60,631 bases of DNA from Promethearchaeota archaeon (GTDB taxonomy: Archaea > Asgardarchaeota > Lokiarchaeia > Sigyniarchaeales > SOKP01). A model generated the notes under the pieces. The model was given only the letters and a program-made list of their open reading frames with translations, was not told the origin of the DNA and searched no databases. The DNA lies in NCBI GenBank assembly GCA_016840165.1, contig JAEOSU010000097.1, positions 1 through 60,631 on the forward strand, given 5' to 3'. Positions 49,909-60,382 of this stretch are shown here, one piece after another (within the stretch, counting starts at the first letter, position 1; each line of letters starts with the position of its first letter). The translations under genes and the position numbers were made by a program.

Positions 49909-51447
49909 TTAACTAAAAATTTGAGATAGTATATTATTAATTTGAACTTCATCATTAGCTAAATAGCATTGCTTAAATACTGACGCAAAAAATGCCCGAT
50001 CTTGAGGACTGAAATATTTATATCCAAATTTTTGCCATTTAATAGATTTATTCAAAGGAGCGAAAAGCGAGATCTTATTTTTAACTAAATCGGTGAGTAA
50101 TATTGGAATCTCCTCCTTTGTATTATTATTGACACTATTGATTACAACGTCCTCGCTAAATTGATTCCAGGATTCCTTGAACTGTAAACAGAAACTTTTA
50201 ATGTCGATACGGTTGTTAACAATGAGTTTAGCCAATCCTAAAATCGCAAGTTCATTTGATGTATGAGCGTTCGTGGGGTGGGAAATAATAGTACCTGGTA
50301 ATGTCTTTCCTTTTTCATTAATTAGTGGCAAATTATATTCAGGTAATACTCGTATCTGATTTAATCCTAATATGTTTTTCACATCTTTTATCGTCCCTCC
50401 CGTATCAAAAAATCGCTTATTGATAATATAGATTAGTAGCTTTGTTGCATGAATATCTCCAAAGTAAGGATAATCAGATGCATATAGTATATACTCTGAC
50501 CAGTCTCTATTATCCACAGGATATTTATTATTCACACGAAACCATTTACGGAAATCTTCAAGAAAGTTTCCTGCACCCTCTCCATGCAGCATTGATAAAT
50601 CTCCATAAGTATTCGGTTGAACTATAGCATTATAAACCTCATAATCACCTATATTTCCCTGCGCAAAATGGGCAATGATGACTTTAAAATGGGGTAATAA
50701 ATTAGGATTTAGTTGTTCAATGGCACTTCTGGCAGACTTCACCAATTCTGCTATATCTAGGATTGAACCTCTCCCTCGAGTATCAAAAATAACGGGCATA
50801 GAATGTTTTGCTGCCTCAATAAGAACATTAACTGTTTTTGTAGAATTAATATTATCAATCCATCGTTCTGAACGAGGATGTAACTTTAATCCTCTCAACC
50901 CTAAGACTTCTCGAGCATATTTTACCTCATTAACCGCTTTTTGGCCTTCCATCGGGTCAACGCGAGCATATCCAATTAATTTCATGGAAAAAGGAAACCG
51001 GGTCGTAAATCGCGAAACATTTATATTACTTGCGCGATAGAGTGCTTCGGGATATTTATCTCGGAAAACATCTTGAAAGGGAAAAACAGTACCTTGGTCA
51101 ATGAAAGAATAAAATTTAGCTTTTTCCTTCAGATCTGAGTATCTCTTACCCAATTCCTCCAAGGCTGTATATAATTTATTAGTAAATGGATATGGGGTAA
51201 AAGACCAGCTTAATTTAGCTGGAGTTCCATCAATAGTCGTATGGAAGGTTTGTTCTCCATTCTTTTCCCACTCTGCGGTGATTCGGCCTTGTATATTTCC
51301 CCAAAAATCAAAAGTACCTGTACCTGGTGCGAGAGGGTTCATCATCGTAGCACCATCTACATCCTCACCCAAATGGGAATGGGCATCCGCCACAAAAATA
51401 TGGTCGATTCTCTTTTTGCCACCTTGCTCTATAGTTGCAGTTAACAT
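49909..51447 (-). CDS. amidohydrolase-family metallohydrolase with a C-terminal extension
   Basis: DAHSH, GLRGLKLHP, IIAH, YASDYP. Confidence 0.87.
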   Translation of the reverse strand: MLTATIEQGGKKRIDHIFVADAHSHLGEDVDGATMMNPLAPGTGTFDFWGNIQGRITAEWEKNGEQTFHTTIDGTPAKLSWSFTPYPFTNKLYTALEELGKRYSDLKEKAKFYSFIDQGTVFPFQDVFRDKYPEALYRASNINVSRFTTRFPFSMKLIGYARVDPMEGQKAVNEVKYAREVLGLRGLKLHPRSERWIDNINSTKTVNVLIEAAKHSMPVIFDTRGRGSILDIAELVKSARSAIEQLNPNLLPHFKVIIAHFAQGNIGDYEVYNAIVQPNTYGDLSMLHGEGAGNFLEDFRKWFRVNNKYPVDNRDWSEYILYASDYPYFGDIHATKLLIYIINKRFFDTGGTIKDVKNILGLNQIRVLPEYNLPLINEKGKTLPGTIISHPTNAHTSNELAILGLAKLIVNNRIDIKSFCLQFKESWNQFSEDVVINSVNNNTKEEIPILLTDLVKNKISLFAPLNKSIKWQKFGYKYFSPQDRAFFASVFKQCYLANDEVQINNILSQIFS

Positions 51448-51728
51448 TTTTATTAACAGTAATGTATATAACGTTCCTATCTTACTTTACATAGATTATC
51501 TAAATAATTAGATTTAATCTTTTGGATTGCAATTTATAAAATTTAAGTCTGTGTTTAGTAAACCATAACAATTTTCAAAATAATAGATATACAAGCAATC
51601 AAATAACTTCCTTTTTCTCTGATAAGACAGATTGTTAAATTGAAGTGCTTTTTTACACAATTTAATTTATAAATATAAAAATTGAATATTATTTAACCAA
51701 TAATTATTAACAAATCGCATAAATTAGT

Positions 51729-52973
51729 ATGAATTCAAGGCAAAGAATTTTAGCGAGTATTGATCATAGAGAACCTGATAGAGTTCCCGTAGATCTTGGT
51801 TCAACTCCTTGCACTAGCATTTCAGCTATTGCTTACCATAATTTAAAACGGTATTTAGGAATTACTACGGGGCACACGAGGGTTTATGATGTTTGTCAAC
51901 AACTGGCTCAACCCGAAGATGATATTTTAGAACGCTTCAAAACTGATGCTTTAGATGTTGGACGAACGTTTAATACTAAAGATGAAGATTGGTATGATAT
52001 TCATGTAAATGGCATCGATATGCAATGGCCTAAATGGTTTAACCCAAGACACAATTCTGATGATTCCTACGATGTGATTGACCGTGATGGAAATATTATT
52101 TCAAGAATGACAAAAGATGCCTTGGTTTTTGATCAGGTTTACTTTGCCTGTTTGGAGAAATATCCGAAAGATTATAAGGAATTCCAGTCCATTGTTAAAA
52201 CGAGTAGTTGGGCATCACTCTCACCTCCCCCATTTAGCAATATCGGTGAAAAACACTTTTGGAAGAAATTAAGGCAAAATGCTATCGATTTGAGAGAATC
52301 CTCTCAGAAAGCTACAGTTCTTAATTATGGAAGTACCAGTTTTGAATTTGGGAATTCATTCAGACGTATGGATAAATTACTTGTTGATATTGTGAGAAAT
52401 CCTTCCAAAGCAGAAAAGTTAATGGATTATATCCAAGAATTTTCCTTAAATTCATTAAAAGTAATTTGTGGTTATGTGGGTGATGTAATAGATATTATAA
52501 GGATTGGAGATGATCTTGGAGAAAATAATGGACCTTTTTTTAGCCCCAAAATATATCGAGAGATGTTCAAGCCTAAACATACTGAAATTTGCGACTATAT
52601 TAAAAAGCATAGTTCAATGAAAATTATGTTCCATTCATGTGGCTCTATTGCCGCAATACTTCCCGATTTAATTGAAACAGGAATAGATATTCTTAATCCA
52701 GTACAAATTAACGCTCGTGATATGGATCCTAAATTCTTAAAAGAAACTTTTGGGGATGATATTACTTTTTGGGGAGGGGGTGCTGACACTCGAAATGTAA
52801 TAAATTGGAAAACTCCAGAGGAAGTTAAAAAACACGTATTAGAATTACTTGAGATCTTTAGTCCAGGAGGAGGCTACGTGTGGAATACCGTTCATAATAT
52901 ATTACCTGATGTTCCCCCCGAAAATATTGTCGCAATGTTTGACGCTATAGAAGAATTTAATAATCAAGATTGA
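51729..52973 (+). CDS. uroporphyrinogen decarboxylase / MtaA-CmuA methyltransferase-family protein
   Basis: MNSRQRIL...HREPDRVP, GDDLG, FHSCG, NPVQ, FWGGG.DT, HNI.PDVPPENI. Confidence 0.9.
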   Translation: MNSRQRILASIDHREPDRVPVDLGSTPCTSISAIAYHNLKRYLGITTGHTRVYDVCQQLAQPEDDILERFKTDALDVGRTFNTKDEDWYDIHVNGIDMQWPKWFNPRHNSDDSYDVIDRDGNIISRMTKDALVFDQVYFACLEKYPKDYKEFQSIVKTSSWASLSPPPFSNIGEKHFWKKLRQNAIDLRESSQKATVLNYGSTSFEFGNSFRRMDKLLVDIVRNPSKAEKLMDYIQEFSLNSLKVICGYVGDVIDIIRIGDDLGENNGPFFSPKIYREMFKPKHTEICDYIKKHSSMKIMFHSCGSIAAILPDLIETGIDILNPVQINARDMDPKFLKETFGDDITFWGGGADTRNVINWKTPEEVKKHVLELLEIFSPGGGYVWNTVHNILPDVPPENIVAMFDAIEEFNNQD

Positions 52974-54499
52974 AATTAACAATTTTAAAGATTCTAATGA
53001 TAAATAGAGAGATAAAAATTGAATTAATTTTCATAGGAAAACCTCAATGGGAGGCAGGTTGGCCATATATAGGCTATAATAATGAGTCTTTAATAACATC
53101 GATTAAAGATCATTTACATAACAAATTTCCAGAAATAAAATTTTCAAATTCTAATATAATTACCACTTATGATATTAAGTTAGTAAACGAGATAAAGGAT
53201 GCTATCAAAGGATCTGATGCAGTTATTATTTTTACTATTGGTCATTATGGGGATCCCGGTATTGTTCAAGCAGGGATTGAATTAATTGAAAGTAAAAAAC
53301 CTACCATTTTAGCTAATTATATTTATCAAGGGGATCACACTTTTACTAAAATTCACGCCTTAATTAAAGATAGAGATTTTAGAGTATTTCCTATATCATC
53401 CTCTAAGATAGAAGATTTTGATGTTCCAATTGAAACAGTAATAAATTTAATAAAAATTCAAGGAAAAAGAGTTTTAGTTTATGCTCCTGATAAAATCAAA
53501 ATCGATTGGACAAGGATTTTGGAATTATTTAATCCAGAGCGCAATCGAATTAGAAAAGAATATCCGGAATTTCTCAATCAGGTAATGACCATGAGTTCAG
53601 AACAAGATTTTGAATTTTATACCGATATAGAGGGAAAAGATCAGGCTCACCAGTGGAGAAAGGATGAGGAAAAATATAGGAAGAATCTTAAAGAAATTTT
53701 TGGCGTTGAGATGGTAAAAGACAATCCAGACGAAATAATAAAGTATTATGATGAAGTAAATGAAGAAGAAGCAAAAATAATCGCAGATAAATGGTATAAT
53801 GAAGCCTTAAAAGTTGAACCTAATGAAAAAACGGTGCTAAATTCAGCAAAATTATATCTTGCGTTGAAAAACATGCTAAGAACAAAAAATTTTGACATTT
53901 TTACCCCAGATTGTGGCACTTTCTTGCTAAGCGGAAAATTGCCCGCTTATCCGTGTCTAGCATTTATGGAGTTGATTAATGATGGTATTCATGGAGTCTG
54001 TGAATCGGATATGGATTCCACAATAAGTTATATTTTTGGATTATTTTTAACTGGGCAACCAGGTTTTATTTCCAACCATACACTCGATACAATTAATAAT
54101 AAAATTACCTATATGCACTGTGTGGCTCCTAATCGGTTATTTGGAAAGAATGGTCCAAAAGCTGATTATGATATAGTATATCATGGGGAGACTCATTATT
54201 TAGGAGCCTCTCCGCGAATCAAATTTCCTATTGGAGAAATAGTAACTACGATTAAAATCAGTGTTTTAGAAAAACAAATAGCGATTCGGAGAGGAAAAAT
54301 CGTTGATAATATTGTAGATAATAGAGGATGTGTTTCAAAAATGTTAGTGGAGAGTAATGTAAAAGAAGTGATGAATAATTATGATTGGGAAACATTTGGA
54401 TGGCACAGAGTGTCATTTATAGGAGACTGGAAAACTAAATTCATCATTGGAGCCAAAATATTAGGTTTAAAAATAATAGAAGAGGATATATCATTATGA
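52970..54499 (+). CDS. L-fucose/L-arabinose isomerase-like protein (start may be the ATG at 52997)
   Basis: AYPCL, CESDMDS, MHCVAP, GCVSK, GWHRV..GD motifs of the FucI/AraA-like C-terminal region. Confidence 0.75.
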   Translation: MKLTILKILMINREIKIELIFIGKPQWEAGWPYIGYNNESLITSIKDHLHNKFPEIKFSNSNIITTYDIKLVNEIKDAIKGSDAVIIFTIGHYGDPGIVQAGIELIESKKPTILANYIYQGDHTFTKIHALIKDRDFRVFPISSSKIEDFDVPIETVINLIKIQGKRVLVYAPDKIKIDWTRILELFNPERNRIRKEYPEFLNQVMTMSSEQDFEFYTDIEGKDQAHQWRKDEEKYRKNLKEIFGVEMVKDNPDEIIKYYDEVNEEEAKIIADKWYNEALKVEPNEKTVLNSAKLYLALKNMLRTKNFDIFTPDCGTFLLSGKLPAYPCLAFMELINDGIHGVCESDMDSTISYIFGLFLTGQPGFISNHTLDTINNKITYMHCVAPNRLFGKNGPKADYDIVYHGETHYLGASPRIKFPIGEIVTTIKISVLEKQIAIRRGKIVDNIVDNRGCVSKMLVESNVKEVMNNYDWETFGWHRVSFIGDWKTKFIIGAKILGLKIIEEDISL

Positions 54500-55878
54500 T
54501 AGATGAAAATAAAAAATCAGATGAGAAAATTCATTCTCTAAAGGGACATTTACTGTATTCGTTAGGAGCTGTTCCTTCTGCTCTCCCCTATAATATGATT
54601 TCGGCAAGTATTCTATTATTCTATGAGACTGTTGTACTTTTGGACCCTATCTTGTTTGGAATTATATGGATTCTATATGGGATCTGGAATGCTGTTAATG
54701 ATCCATTAATGGGATACTTCATGGATAAAATCCGATTAAAAAAAGGGAGAAGAATTCCCTATATTATCTATGGGACGATTCCTTTCACCATTGGTTTTAT
54801 CTTTTTATGGTGGGTTCCATATCCGTCCTCAGCACAAGGTTTAATCTTTGTTCATTGTTTAATTATGTTATTTCTTTTTGATTTAGGCTTTACATTATGT
54901 ATGACAGGCTGGATGGCATTATATACTGAAATGTACGAAACGGAAAAAGAAAGAGCTTCTGTTGTAGCGATTAAAGATCTTATAGCATTTATTTCATCAT
55001 TTGTAGGAATAATAATACCAACACTTCTAGCATCAATAATTAGTTGGGAATTTACAGGGTTAATTCTTGGTCTTTTTATTCCTGTTACAATGCTTCTTTC
55101 AATCAAAGGAAGTAAGGAAAGAAAAGAATACCAAATCGATACTCCCTTATCTATAGTCTCAGCATTCAAAGAGACATTTTCAAATAAGCCTTTTATTATT
55201 GTAACACTGACTTACACATTAATTGATTTCGCGTTTGGATTAACAATTATGGTTTTGCCCTTATATGCTAAATACGTACTTCTCGTTTCTCCAGGCATGG
55301 AAGGAATTGCAGCTGGTGGTGTAGCTATTGGAATCATAGCAAGTGTCCCGATATGGAGATGGGTTTATGCAAATAAAGGTCCTAAGTTTGGTTTGTTAGT
55401 AGCAATCATCTTTTATACCGTAACAATTTGGCCATTATTCCTAATTGGCGATTTGATAACATTAATAATTGTTACTATTATCCCCGGACTGGGGGTGGGT
55501 GGTATGCTAATGACTGAACCAGCTATTAGTACAGCTATAGATTATGACGAGATTAAAATAAAGAAGCGGAGAGAGGCAACATATAATGGTATTCTGACTC
55601 TCATTGCGAGACTTTCTATAGTCCTTTCAGGAATAACTCTCATAATAGTTCAAGAACTAAGTGGATTTGACCAAAATATTGTAGATCCTATGATGCAACC
55701 CGAAACAGCCAAAGAAGGTTTAAAAGCTTTAGTTTCTTTAGTCCCAATTCTGGGTGGAATTAGTGCGGCTATAATTTTTTCTCTCTTCCCGATTAATCAC
55801 ACACAATTTAATGAGATGCAAAAAGAGTTAAAAATACTTCACGAGGAAAGAAAAGGAAAGTTAGAACAATCTAAATAA
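54496..55878 (+). CDS. GPH/MelB-like sugar or glycoside symporter
   Basis: IWNAVNDPLMG..MD, GRRIPYI, IDYDE...RREATYNG. Confidence 0.92.
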   Translation: MIDENKKSDEKIHSLKGHLLYSLGAVPSALPYNMISASILLFYETVVLLDPILFGIIWILYGIWNAVNDPLMGYFMDKIRLKKGRRIPYIIYGTIPFTIGFIFLWWVPYPSSAQGLIFVHCLIMLFLFDLGFTLCMTGWMALYTEMYETEKERASVVAIKDLIAFISSFVGIIIPTLLASIISWEFTGLILGLFIPVTMLLSIKGSKERKEYQIDTPLSIVSAFKETFSNKPFIIVTLTYTLIDFAFGLTIMVLPLYAKYVLLVSPGMEGIAAGGVAIGIIASVPIWRWVYANKGPKFGLLVAIIFYTVTIWPLFLIGDLITLIIVTIIPGLGVGGMLMTEPAISTAIDYDEIKIKKRREATYNGILTLIARLSIVLSGITLIIVQELSGFDQNIVDPMMQPETAKEGLKALVSLVPILGGISAAIIFSLFPINHTQFNEMQKELKILHEERKGKLEQSK

Positions 55879-55936
55879 GAGGATTACAATAAAAATCGAA
55901 TATATTTTTGGTAGTTGAACTACCATTCAATTATTT

Positions 55937-57625
55937 TTACTCTCTCATCTCTTTTGGAAGGGTTAAAACTCCAGTTAACGGATTATTCAATGGATCTTGG
56001 CAGTATTCGATCGTGAAATAGATTAAGTCGTATAAAATATTTGGATCCTGACCTGATTGTTGTTTGTAATCGTATAAAGATAATTGATACTCCGCTTCAG
56101 TAATTGGAGGTTCGGCGTAACTCACACTACCGAATACACTTTGGAGTACTGGTTTTAAGAAGGGTGAGTAGAGAAAACCTAATTCTTTTAACTCATCTTT
56201 TAGGTAAAAAAACATTCGCTGAACGGCTTGCATCATATACCTAATTGGTTGGTCCTTGGGCCCTAAATACTGCTCCGCGAAATTCTTATCATACTGAGCC
56301 AATTGATCGTAAGTTAAATTTTGGGGTCGAAATAACGATATTAATCCTCTCTCGATGGAAGTTTTGCGGTTATACGCAATTGTTTCACTCCCAGCATCTG
56401 GAACCCAAACACCTCTCTCAAGGAGTTTACGGGCTTTATAACATAAAGTTTGTATTAACAATGCGATGCCGATGCGTCTACATATAGAAATCTGTGCATC
56501 GCTTACTCTTACCTCTATAGTTCCCCAATCTGTAAAAGGGAACACGTCCTGAAACCTCCCATCCTCCAGGGACGCTTTTTGGACAATTTGAAGAAAACTG
56601 ATGATAGAATCTTGATCAGAGTTTGTTAAATAGGGAATAAAGTGCTTAGGATCGTTATTGCTAAGCATTGTGGTGTTATTTTTCAGACGCAAAGAGCGCA
56701 CACAGTTCGGAGCAGTGATCCTATTGTTAACTACTTTTACCTGGTCTGTAGGCTTGTTATTAATAATAGGAGAGTTACAAGTAAGCGCGATTATATGGGG
56801 TATAAAGTTTCTGATCATGCAATATGCTTGAATTTTCTCCAGATCTGATTGAAAAGAACCTAAATGGCTATGATCGGCCTGGGATAATCCGCGCATGTAT
56901 TCTTTAGCAGCAGGATTTATAGCTGAAGCAATGATGTGGAGATCATTAGGTAAAGTATTCTTTGCTAAAAGGAATAAAGTGCTTGCCCAGTATGCTAATT
57001 CCTCAACATATTTGCAGGGAGGTGTAACTAGTTCCAGAATATAGGTTACTGCCGTTACATTTCCATCCCGTCCAAATGTATCGATATCAACCACATTACC
57101 ATCTGGGAGCCCATAACGTATGTCCATCACATATCCTTTTTCAATATCCTCTTTTCCATAGGGACGCGCCAAGACTTTCTCTCGAATATAATCTGGGACG
57201 GGTAAAAAGTCGCTACGTCCTTCATAGAGAATTTGATCCATAATTCGAATGGCATCCTTTACGATCTCTTTCATCCTAAAGACCATTTCGTCTCCTGGAG
57301 GATAATTACCATTGTCATCAGCCACAATTAATTCCATTTCAATCCCATGAGTAAAGGGTAATGGAGTCCAATTTTGGACATCTGCCAAGATTTCAGCCCA
57401 TGATCTTTCTGGGATATAAACTTCGCGGTAATCCGTGCCGACAAATAGCCTATCTTGGGATCTATCGACCTTTTCTCCAATTGAAATCCCTGAAGGGATG
57501 GCTTTAACTGCTTTGGATTTATGCTTTGAGTGTGAACTTGAACCACCCATTAATTGAGAAAAAGTGCCAAGGTCTTCATTTCCTTTACTTTTACCTTTCT
57601 TTTTCTTCTTTTTGTCTTTGCCCAT
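55937..57625 (-). CDS. glutamate--cysteine ligase GCS2-like carboxylate-amine ligase with a polybasic N-terminus
   Basis: THGIEMEL, ILELVTP, H.HLG, ALTCNSP, GTIEVRVSD. Confidence 0.8.
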   Translation of the reverse strand: MGKDKKKKKKGKSKGNEDLGTFSQLMGGSSSHSKHKSKAVKAIPSGISIGEKVDRSQDRLFVGTDYREVYIPERSWAEILADVQNWTPLPFTHGIEMELIVADDNGNYPPGDEMVFRMKEIVKDAIRIMDQILYEGRSDFLPVPDYIREKVLARPYGKEDIEKGYVMDIRYGLPDGNVVDIDTFGRDGNVTAVTYILELVTPPCKYVEELAYWASTLFLLAKNTLPNDLHIIASAINPAAKEYMRGLSQADHSHLGSFQSDLEKIQAYCMIRNFIPHIIALTCNSPIINNKPTDQVKVVNNRITAPNCVRSLRLKNNTTMLSNNDPKHFIPYLTNSDQDSIISFLQIVQKASLEDGRFQDVFPFTDWGTIEVRVSDAQISICRRIGIALLIQTLCYKARKLLERGVWVPDAGSETIAYNRKTSIERGLISLFRPQNLTYDQLAQYDKNFAEQYLGPKDQPIRYMMQAVQRMFFYLKDELKELGFLYSPFLKPVLQSVFGSVSYAEPPITEAEYQLSLYDYKQQSGQDPNILYDLIYFTIEYCQDPLNNPLTGVLTLPKEMRE

Positions 57626-57642
57626 TTTTATTCACTCTCTAC

Positions 57643-59505
57643 CTAAAACAACGATTCAATAAATATTTTAAACAGATTATAGTCATTTAAAAACTCGTAA
57701 GATAATACTAGATTGATAATATCCGCTCCCATAGCACCAAGAGTGTTCTTTATTGGTTCTAAAGATGTCCCTCCTTTAAAGATACCTTCATCTATTAAAA
57801 CTGTTACTTCTGCTCCCAATTTCTTTTCTACTTTTGATTTGATAATCGCAAGAGACCGCGAATTGGAAGCAAAAATCACAGTAGGTTTACCTAAATAAGG
57901 TATAAAATCTAAATTGAAAATTACCAGATCATTTTTTAAATTATTCACGGGAAAGAATTGCTTTAAGGTTCTTTGGATAACGGCCAACTCTTCTTGATCA
58001 AGATTATTGATCGAGGGATAAACATAGTAAGCGATTGAATTTTTTGAATTATGTAAAAAATCATTATATACCCGATCTAAGAAAGGGAAGATGCTAAAAT
58101 TAAGGCTAAACAACGAAAGGAAGAGAACTCTAAAATCAAACTGTTTCATTAGCGCATTGGAGCTTGTATTTCCTCCTAGAAGTGCGAATTGTTGAAGCTC
58201 ATTGGATAATTGCGAAACGCATGTATTTAGGGTATAGAATTGTGATTGTAAAACTGTAGGCTCTACTCTCGTTTTTACTTCGTCCACCATTTCATATATT
58301 AAATCAAATAAATCTTTTGCTAATCTATCTTGCGTTTCTTTATCTCCACTGCTTTTTATTATCATATCTGCAGTTTCGGGAGAATCTAATTCAGCAATAA
58401 TACATACTGCATCCTTAAAAAATGAATACGCAGGATTTTTAAATTGACTTTCAGTAATATTAAGTTGAGTCGAATTTTTAATCATCTGATCAATTGTTTT
58501 GACAATTTGCAGAATCTGATCATTCCGCTTTAATTTATTTAACTCTTTTGTCAAATTAAAAAGTACTTTTATCTTCAACAATTCTTCATTGATCATATGT
58601 GACAGTTTTAGAGCAAATTCTATTTGATTAGTATAACATTTGCTAACTACATCTACAATCGCTTGGTCTCTTACTGAGGGATCATTGATCAATGATAATA
58701 TCTTTGAGATTTGTTCAGAGTTGATATCCACAAAATCAAAAGCAATTTCAGCTAAAACTCGATTACGTCTCTTCTCATCATTTAGATTTTTAATAATCTG
58801 CAAACTCTGCTCTAGATTTTTGAACGCATAGACCCGTATTAGATCATAATAAAACTGGGTTTGTGTTTCTTGATTTGAGAGTTTTAAAGCATTTTCTAAT
58901 GCTTTATAAACATCTCCAACAGCTAAATAGCTTTTTGCAAGATCCTTATATAGAGCATCAATTTGGTTGTTAGTAACAGATCCATTTTTTTGATTAGTAT
59001 TTAGTTGTTGAGTATATCTCTCCTGAAGTAATTCTAGTTCTTTTTCAATTTTTTTTATACCATTTTTGGAAGATTCCACCATAAACTCATTATGGTCGAA
59101 ATTATCGATAGTCTTTGAATTTAAAATCTGAATTTTCGCTAGTATCTTTTTAATAATGCTATGTGAAATAGTAGTTCGAATCTTCTGGACTTTTTCGGTA
59201 TATTCAATAATTTTCAGCCAATACACATTTATAATTAGTTTTCCATACCCATCGACTTTTGGAGTGAGCTTTAACTGAATTTTTCGAGTTTCCTTTGCAT
59301 TTAATTTTATGTTATTATTAAACTCTTGAGGAATTACCTCAAGGTCGATATTCTCGCCTTTAAATTCAAACTTAAAGTCTGCTTTTTTATCAAGATTATT
59401 TAAAACTTCTAATGATACAGCATTATCGATGTTTGGAATCAATAAATTTTGAGGAAACTGAGTAATCGTCAAAGAAATAGCATTAGCTTTGTGTGAACTA
59501 GTCAT
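57643..59505 (-). CDS. hypothetical protein: Ig-like N-terminal domain, alpha-solenoid, alpha/beta C-terminal domain
   Basis: Beta-strand pattern in aa 1-100; helical repeats such as ALKLSHMINEELLKIKVL. Confidence 0.6.
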   Translation of the reverse strand: MTSSHKANAISLTITQFPQNLLIPNIDNAVSLEVLNNLDKKADFKFEFKGENIDLEVIPQEFNNNIKLNAKETRKIQLKLTPKVDGYGKLIINVYWLKIIEYTEKVQKIRTTISHSIIKKILAKIQILNSKTIDNFDHNEFMVESSKNGIKKIEKELELLQERYTQQLNTNQKNGSVTNNQIDALYKDLAKSYLAVGDVYKALENALKLSNQETQTQFYYDLIRVYAFKNLEQSLQIIKNLNDEKRRNRVLAEIAFDFVDINSEQISKILSLINDPSVRDQAIVDVVSKCYTNQIEFALKLSHMINEELLKIKVLFNLTKELNKLKRNDQILQIVKTIDQMIKNSTQLNITESQFKNPAYSFFKDAVCIIAELDSPETADMIIKSSGDKETQDRLAKDLFDLIYEMVDEVKTRVEPTVLQSQFYTLNTCVSQLSNELQQFALLGGNTSSNALMKQFDFRVLFLSLFSLNFSIFPFLDRVYNDFLHNSKNSIAYYVYPSINNLDQEELAVIQRTLKQFFPVNNLKNDLVIFNLDFIPYLGKPTVIFASNSRSLAIIKSKVEKKLGAEVTVLIDEGIFKGGTSLEPIKNTLGAMGADIINLVLSYEFLNDYNLFKIFIESLF

Positions 59506-59656
59506 TTTAACGCCGGTATATTATAATTGTGTATTCTAGTAATTCTTCATCCAAGATAATTATTTCGATTATCGTAAATTATGAATTTTGAGATATTACC
59601 TTAATATCCTTCATATAAAAATAATTTTTTTTAAACTTTTACTTTCAGAAAGCAGA

Positions 59657-60382
59657 TTATTTTCCCTTTCTGCGGTTTCTCTCTGAAAATTCTATTAGAT
59701 CTTCGATGACCATTTCACGGGTGTAATCCGGCCATAAATCTTTCCTAAATTTAAACTCTGCATATGAAGAGTCCCATAATAGAAATCCTGAAATCCTTGC
59801 TCCATCTTCCATACCCGTTCTTATTATATAATCCACTTCTGGAAAATTATGACTATATAAATATTTTTTAATAAGATTACGATTTACGTCTTCGACCTTT
59901 ACACTATCATGAATTATCTTTTTTACCGCATCTACAATTTCTTCTTGCCCATCATACATAATACATAAATTAATAAAATTCTTATCGTGATCCTTAGTAA
60001 ACTCGATTAATTCTTGAATTTTTTCTCTAACTTCTTGTGGTAATAAATTAATTCGTCCTATAACGTTGAAGTTAACCTTTTCTTCTTTTACTGTCGCTTC
60101 CTTAATAACCGAGTCTACAGCGTCCAAGATAATTCTAAAAATATAAATAATTTCTTGTTGCTTCCTTTTTTTAACATTTTCGAGAGAGAGCGCATAAATA
60201 CTTAAATATTGGATGCCCGCTTCAAAAAAATCAAACAATCGTTTTTTTAAATTTTCATACCCTATTAAATGCCCGATATTTAAATTTAGAAGATTCTTTT
60301 TAGCCCACCGACGATTTCCATCAAGTATCAGACCAATGTGTTTGGGTAATCTATCTTTGGATATATCTTTGAGCTCTTCCAA
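59657..60382 (-). CDS. uppS: cis-prenyltransferase (polyprenyl diphosphate synthase, UppS family)
   Basis: PKHIGLILDGNRRWA, YALSLEN..R, YDGQEEI, DYIIRT, RISGFLLW, WPD, R.RRKG. Confidence 0.96.
   Translation of the reverse strand: MEELKDISKDRLPKHIGLILDGNRRWAKKNLLNLNIGHLIGYENLKKRLFDFFEAGIQYLSIYALSLENVKKRKQQEIIYIFRIILDAVDSVIKEATVKEEKVNFNVIGRINLLPQEVREKIQELIEFTKDHDKNFINLCIMYDGQEEIVDAVKKIIHDSVKVEDVNRNLIKKYLYSHNFPEVDYIIRTGMEDGARISGFLLWDSSYAEFKFRKDLWPDYTREMVIEDLIEFSERNRRKGK

Noticed and set aside
28375-57625. Ntn amidotransferase plus GCS2 ligase as an EgtA/EgtC-like or peptide-tagging pair
   Set aside because: The genes are about 27 kb apart and no other pathway genes are present
326-58831. Many 60-155 aa ORFs overlapping longer genes, mostly antisense (e.g. 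326-550, 5825-6172, 41618-42082, 45001-45318, 50675-51040)
   Set aside because: Shadow frames of well-supported genes with no motifs of their own
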